This document shows positions 60,404 to 64,000 of a stretch of DNA of 64,000 bases, piece after piece. The first letter of the stretch is position 1; each line of letters opens with the position of its first letter. The DNA is from an uncultured Verrucomicrobiae bacterium. GTDB taxonomy: Bacteria; Verrucomicrobiota; Verrucomicrobiia; Chthoniobacterales; UBA10450. The notes beneath the pieces are model-generated. The model was given only the letters and a program-made list of their open reading frames with translations, searched no databases and was not told the DNA's origin. A program made the position numbers and the translations under genes. The DNA is taken from positions 1,632,001 through 1,696,000 of the forward strand of contig CAVTMK010000002.1 of NCBI GenBank assembly GCA_963735805.1, read 5' to 3'.

Positions 60404-62776
60404 ATGTCCGTTGAGAGCAAGAAAGAGATCCAGCTTGAGATCGCCCATGTCTTATTCATCGACATTGTTGACTACTCGAAGCTCTCGGTTAACGAGCAGC
60501 GCGCCCAGGTTGAGGAACTGAACGAGATCGTTCGTTTGTGCGAGCAATTCCGCAAAGCAGCGGCGGCCAACCGCCTTTTAAAGATCCCCACCGGCGACGG
60601 CATGGCGCTGGTTTTCTATAAAAGTCCGGAGGAACCGGCGCAGTGTGCAGTAGAGATCGGCCGCGCGCTCAAGGACAATGCGCGCCTGCAAGTTCGGATG
60701 GGCATTCACAGTGGACCGGTCGGTGGTGTCGTGGACGTGAACGAACGCACCAACGTAGCCGGAGCCGGCGTCAACATGGCGCGACGTGTGATGGACTGCG
60801 GCGACGCGGGGCACATCCTTCTCTCACATCATATCGCTGAAGATCTGGAAGGATACGAAAAGTGGCGACCGCTACTGCACGATCTGGGTACATGCGAAGT
60901 AAAGCACGGGGTGCAGGTAGCCATCGTTAATCTGTGGTCCGATGACGTGGGGAACCCTCAACTCCCACAAAAGTTTCAAGCTCTCAGGAAACACCACAGC
61001 CGAGTGCGCTGGGCCGAAATGGCAGCTGCGGTGCTTTTACTCGCTGGCATCGCAGCTGTTTTCGTTCTCATTTCCAAGAAATCAGCCAAATCGACGGCAA
61101 TTGTTCCGGAAAAAAGTATCGCGGTGCTTCCCTTCGAAAACCGTAGCGAGGAAAAAGACAACGCTTATTTTGCCGAGGGCATCCAGGATGAGATTCTGAC
61201 ACGCTTATCGAAGATCGCAGACTTAAAGGTGATCTCGCGTACGTCGACACAGCGCTACAAAAGCGTGCCGGAAAATCTGTCTGAGATCGCAAAGCAGCTT
61301 GGAGTAGCGCACATCCTGGAAGGAAGTGTCCAAAAGAGCGGCGATGTAGTCCGTGTCAACGTGCAACTAGTCAAAGCAGCCAATGACTCCCATTTATGGG
61401 CAGATACCTTTGATCGAAAATTGACCGACCTCTTTTCCGTCGAGAGTGAAGTGGCGAAAGCCATAGCCGAGCAATTGCGCGTCCATCTTACCGGTCAGGA
61501 AGAGCAAGTCATTGCCGCTACACTCACAGACAATCCCGAAGCTTACGATGCCTACCTACGCGGCTTGGCTTACAACGTGAAAACGGTATATACGCCCGCC
61601 AATGCACTTGGCGCGCAGAAATACCTGAGAGAAGCAGTGCGATTGGATCCGAAGTTCGCGCTTGGTTGGGCGCTACTGTCAATTGCAGACGCACGCGGCT
61701 ACATCACACAAAGTCTTCAACCTACTGTCGCGCTATGTGAAGAGACACGGCAAGCAGCGGAAACCGCGCTCGCTCTTCAGCCCAATCTCGGCGAGGCACT
61801 GCTTGCCGCGGGAAATTACTACTACGCCTGCCTAAGGGATTACGATACCGCGATGCGTTTCTTGGAACGGGCACGTCGGCTCCTACCGAACAGCAGCCAG
61901 ATTTCTTCGTTGCTGGCCTCTCTCGCGAGGAGACGAGGCGAGTGGGACCGGAGTGAGTCGTATTTCAACCAAGCCGAGCGGCTCGACCCTCGCAACGTCA
62001 ACCTGCTTGGACAGCATGCTCAGTTGTATATCGAGCTTCGCCGTTTCCCCGAAGCACTGCAAAAGTTTGACCAGATTCTCGAAATTATGCCAGGCGACGT
62101 CGATACCATCGCGGCAAAGGCGGCTATCGCACAAGCTGAGGGCGATCTGCCGCGAGCCGCCACGCTCCTCGCTTCGATCCACCCGCCGGCGGACGACCCC
62201 CAGGCGTTGGAAACACAAGTTTACCAAGCGATCCTGGAGCGACGTCCTGCGCCGATGATAACTCGGCTAAAGGAGATATTAGCCAAGCCCGATCCGGCGT
62301 TGGGTTCTATTCCTGGCGAACTGCGCTTTTATCTTGGCTGGGCGCAGGAAGTTGCCGGCGATCGTACCGCTGCTCAGGAGAGCTGGCGACAGGCGCGCAA
62401 CGAACTGGAGTCTTTTCTGAAAGAACAGCCGGAAAACTTTGGCCTCATGGGGTATCTCGCGCTGAGCAGCACGGGCCTTGGTGACAAAGCCGCCGCATTC
62501 AAACTGATCGAGCAAGCGAAGGCTGTGATTCCGATCGAGAAAGATGCCGTACAGGGTCCTATTCCGATCGAGTTCCTGGCCCGGGTATCGGCGCGCATGG
62601 GAGAACCCGACCGCGCAATCGCGGCACTAGAGAAACTGCTCTCGATACCGTACGATGGCGCACTGGCTCAGAACGTACCACTTACTCCTGCGCTACTCCG
62701 GCTCGATCCGATGTTCGATCCCTTGCGGAACGATGCGCGCTTCCAATTGCTCCTGTCGGGCGGGGCGAAACAGTGA
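60404..62776 (+). CDS. Class III adenylate/guanylate cyclase - TM - TolB-like - TPR protein
   Basis: LFIDIV, KIPTGDG, RMGIHSG, NMARR; TM helix; KSIAVLPFEN; TPRs; LRLDPMFDPLR. Confidence 0.9.
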   Translation: MSVESKKEIQLEIAHVLFIDIVDYSKLSVNEQRAQVEELNEIVRLCEQFRKAAAANRLLKIPTGDGMALVFYKSPEEPAQCAVEIGRALKDNARLQVRMGIHSGPVGGVVDVNERTNVAGAGVNMARRVMDCGDAGHILLSHHIAEDLEGYEKWRPLLHDLGTCEVKHGVQVAIVNLWSDDVGNPQLPQKFQALRKHHSRVRWAEMAAAVLLLAGIAAVFVLISKKSAKSTAIVPEKSIAVLPFENRSEEKDNAYFAEGIQDEILTRLSKIADLKVISRTSTQRYKSVPENLSEIAKQLGVAHILEGSVQKSGDVVRVNVQLVKAANDSHLWADTFDRKLTDLFSVESEVAKAIAEQLRVHLTGQEEQVIAATLTDNPEAYDAYLRGLAYNVKTVYTPANALGAQKYLREAVRLDPKFALGWALLSIADARGYITQSLQPTVALCEETRQAAETALALQPNLGEALLAAGNYYYACLRDYDTAMRFLERARRLLPNSSQISSLLASLARRRGEWDRSESYFNQAERLDPRNVNLLGQHAQLYIELRRFPEALQKFDQILEIMPGDVDTIAAKAAIAQAEGDLPRAATLLASIHPPADDPQALETQVYQAILERRPAPMITRLKEILAKPDPALGSIPGELRFYLGWAQEVAGDRTAAQESWRQARNELESFLKEQPENFGLMGYLALSSTGLGDKAAAFKLIEQAKAVIPIEKDAVQGPIPIEFLARVSARMGEPDRAIAALEKLLSIPYDGALAQNVPLTPALLRLDPMFDPLRNDARFQLLLSGGAKQ

Positions 62777-62901
62777 AAGCTTGCGAGTCTAAAACAGAAG
62801 TCGTTCCGAATCCGGTCCCCTGTCCTGTTGCATCTTCCTTGGCCGCGAAACCGATGGGCGGATTTTAGCGTACCACCGGCATGGACGTGGCGTGGCGATT
62901 C

Positions 62902-63252
62902 CTACTGATTCGCTGAGTATACTCCTTCGACGACCGGTGAATCTTGCATTCCCGTTTTGAACGCCATCGCTCTTAAGGTCCTTCCGTACACTGTAATGGC
63001 GTCCCCTTTCGGGCCGTTTATTATGTGCGGGCCGGTTGGCGTCGGCGGCTGAGAAGGGTCATCCGACCAGCTCAAAGAAGCTCCCAATGTTTTCGTCTCG
63101 ATTGTGACCTTAATATCTTGTCCGGCGTGACCGCTCCCGTTTGGTGGAGTCAGCGTCGGTGTCGCGCACTGCGTGAATGCTTCCTTTTTTTCGCAAGCCG
63201 ACAGAACTGTCAGTGCGAGGCCCGCACAAATAATGCTAGTTAGTATTTTCAT
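62902..63252 (-). CDS. Lipoprotein with FN3-associated / chitobiase C-terminal-like domain
   Basis: LSAC lipobox; ATPTLTP.., VTI.T.T.GA, LRAMAFK.G..DS. Confidence 0.7.
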   Translation of the reverse strand: MKILTSIICAGLALTVLSACEKKEAFTQCATPTLTPPNGSGHAGQDIKVTIETKTLGASLSWSDDPSQPPTPTGPHIINGPKGDAITVYGRTLRAMAFKTGMQDSPVVEGVYSANQ

Positions 63253-63615
63253 GTGTTTTCCTTGTTTGTGTGAACAAGCCTTTCGTTCACGGTTAACCCT
63301 GCGTGAAGAGGGTCAGGTGGAGCTCTGGAAGTGGCCTAACGGACTTAGCGCGGTTCCAACTTTGCCTACCGCCGATCCGCAGTGTCAAGATCATTCTAGC
63401 AGATCTCAGGCACCGGCTCCGAGTCTTTTGTTGTCCACGGGGCCACGACAAATGATATGAACAGGCGCAGGCAACGTTCATGAATCGGGCTTCCAATTTG
63501 AAAAGGGCGGCCCGCGACTGACTGGAAGGATGTCTTGGTGCGCAAAAAGCAAACACCCGCCCCGCGCTAGCGCGCCGGGTAGCGCACCATTACCAGCGAA
63601 TCGTGGGAATTTTGG

Positions 63616-63891
63616 TTATTTTCCCGTCCGATGGCCGTAAATAGTCATCGAGGTGGCAGTGGTCGGAATTGCACCAATCCGTTCACAAGGCTGCGGAATA
63701 CGCGAATCGCCTTCCACCACGTAACACATTGTCTTTGTGGTGTTGGTCGCGGGCTGCGGCCGCGAGCGGACGACTACGTTCTTGCTAGGATCAGAAGCAA
63801 ATGCCGATGCGCAAAACGCGAGTGCGAGAAAGACGCCCACGCATCGAACCGACCAGCCGCCCCAGCGACTTGGTCTACCTGCTGTTTTCAC
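63616..63891 (-). CDS. Small secreted hypothetical protein
   Basis: Signal-peptide-like segment LALAFCASAFA; two Cys in the mature part. Confidence 0.5.
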   Translation of the reverse strand: MKTAGRPSRWGGWSVRCVGVFLALAFCASAFASDPSKNVVVRSRPQPATNTTKTMCYVVEGDSRIPQPCERIGAIPTTATSMTIYGHRTGK

Positions 63892-64000
63892 GTAGTAATT
63901 GTGATGCCGCTTCGAATTTCGCGCAAGCCTAATTACCGACTTTCAAGTTCCGGAAACGCCGTCAGCTTTTCATCCGACCGAACGACAAACCGTTTTCCGT

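Noticed and set aside
63334..63350. GTTAGGC upstream of the 63252 lipoprotein as another attI
   Set aside because: Spacing and flanks differ from the two attI-like sites, and no attC follows the gene.

Overview
A 64-kb bacterial chromosomal window of roughly 55% GC. Gene families such as the class III cyclase-TM-TolB-like-TPR protein, Pro/Thr-linker secreted proteins and the attC style suggest a soil Verrucomicrobiota, Chthoniobacterales/Ca. Udaeobacter-like organism; this is inference. Layout: (1) 0.4-7.4 kb holds housekeeping genes (clpB, MFS, TIM-barrel isomerase, UPF0104 flippase-like, RibD-C, DUF1272). (2) About 7.6-48.8 kb is a mostly minus-strand island of exported and envelope genes. 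It has five intact Cys-type sulfatases plus a stub, a signal-peptide-bearing formylglycine-generating enzyme, HAD and His-phosphatases, an Ntn amidohydrolase, two alpha/beta hydrolases, cardiolipin synthase, a K+ channel, MarC, DUF3300/DUF2950, DUF1254/1214, DUF4105, DUF4239 and five paralogous small lipoproteins. The main hidden structure is an 18-bp imperfect palindrome, ATAGGACTTTAGGGCAAT (DosR/NarL-box-like). It occurs 12 times, plus one weak copy, always upstream of minus-strand island genes and in fixed phase with a -10-like hexamer, which suggests a regulon that I cannot match to a described one. (3) 50.9-53.7 kb is an integron cassette array (4 attC sites plus an attI-like site) with no integrase in the window. 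A near-identical attI-like site lies 53 kb away, just behind clpB. (4) 54-64 kb holds secreted Kelch, beta-propeller and S8 protease genes and a cyclase-TPR gene. Eleven frameshifts in six genes all read as +1 insertions and look like mixed-allele consensus artefacts. No rRNA, tRNA, CRISPR array or transposase was seen.
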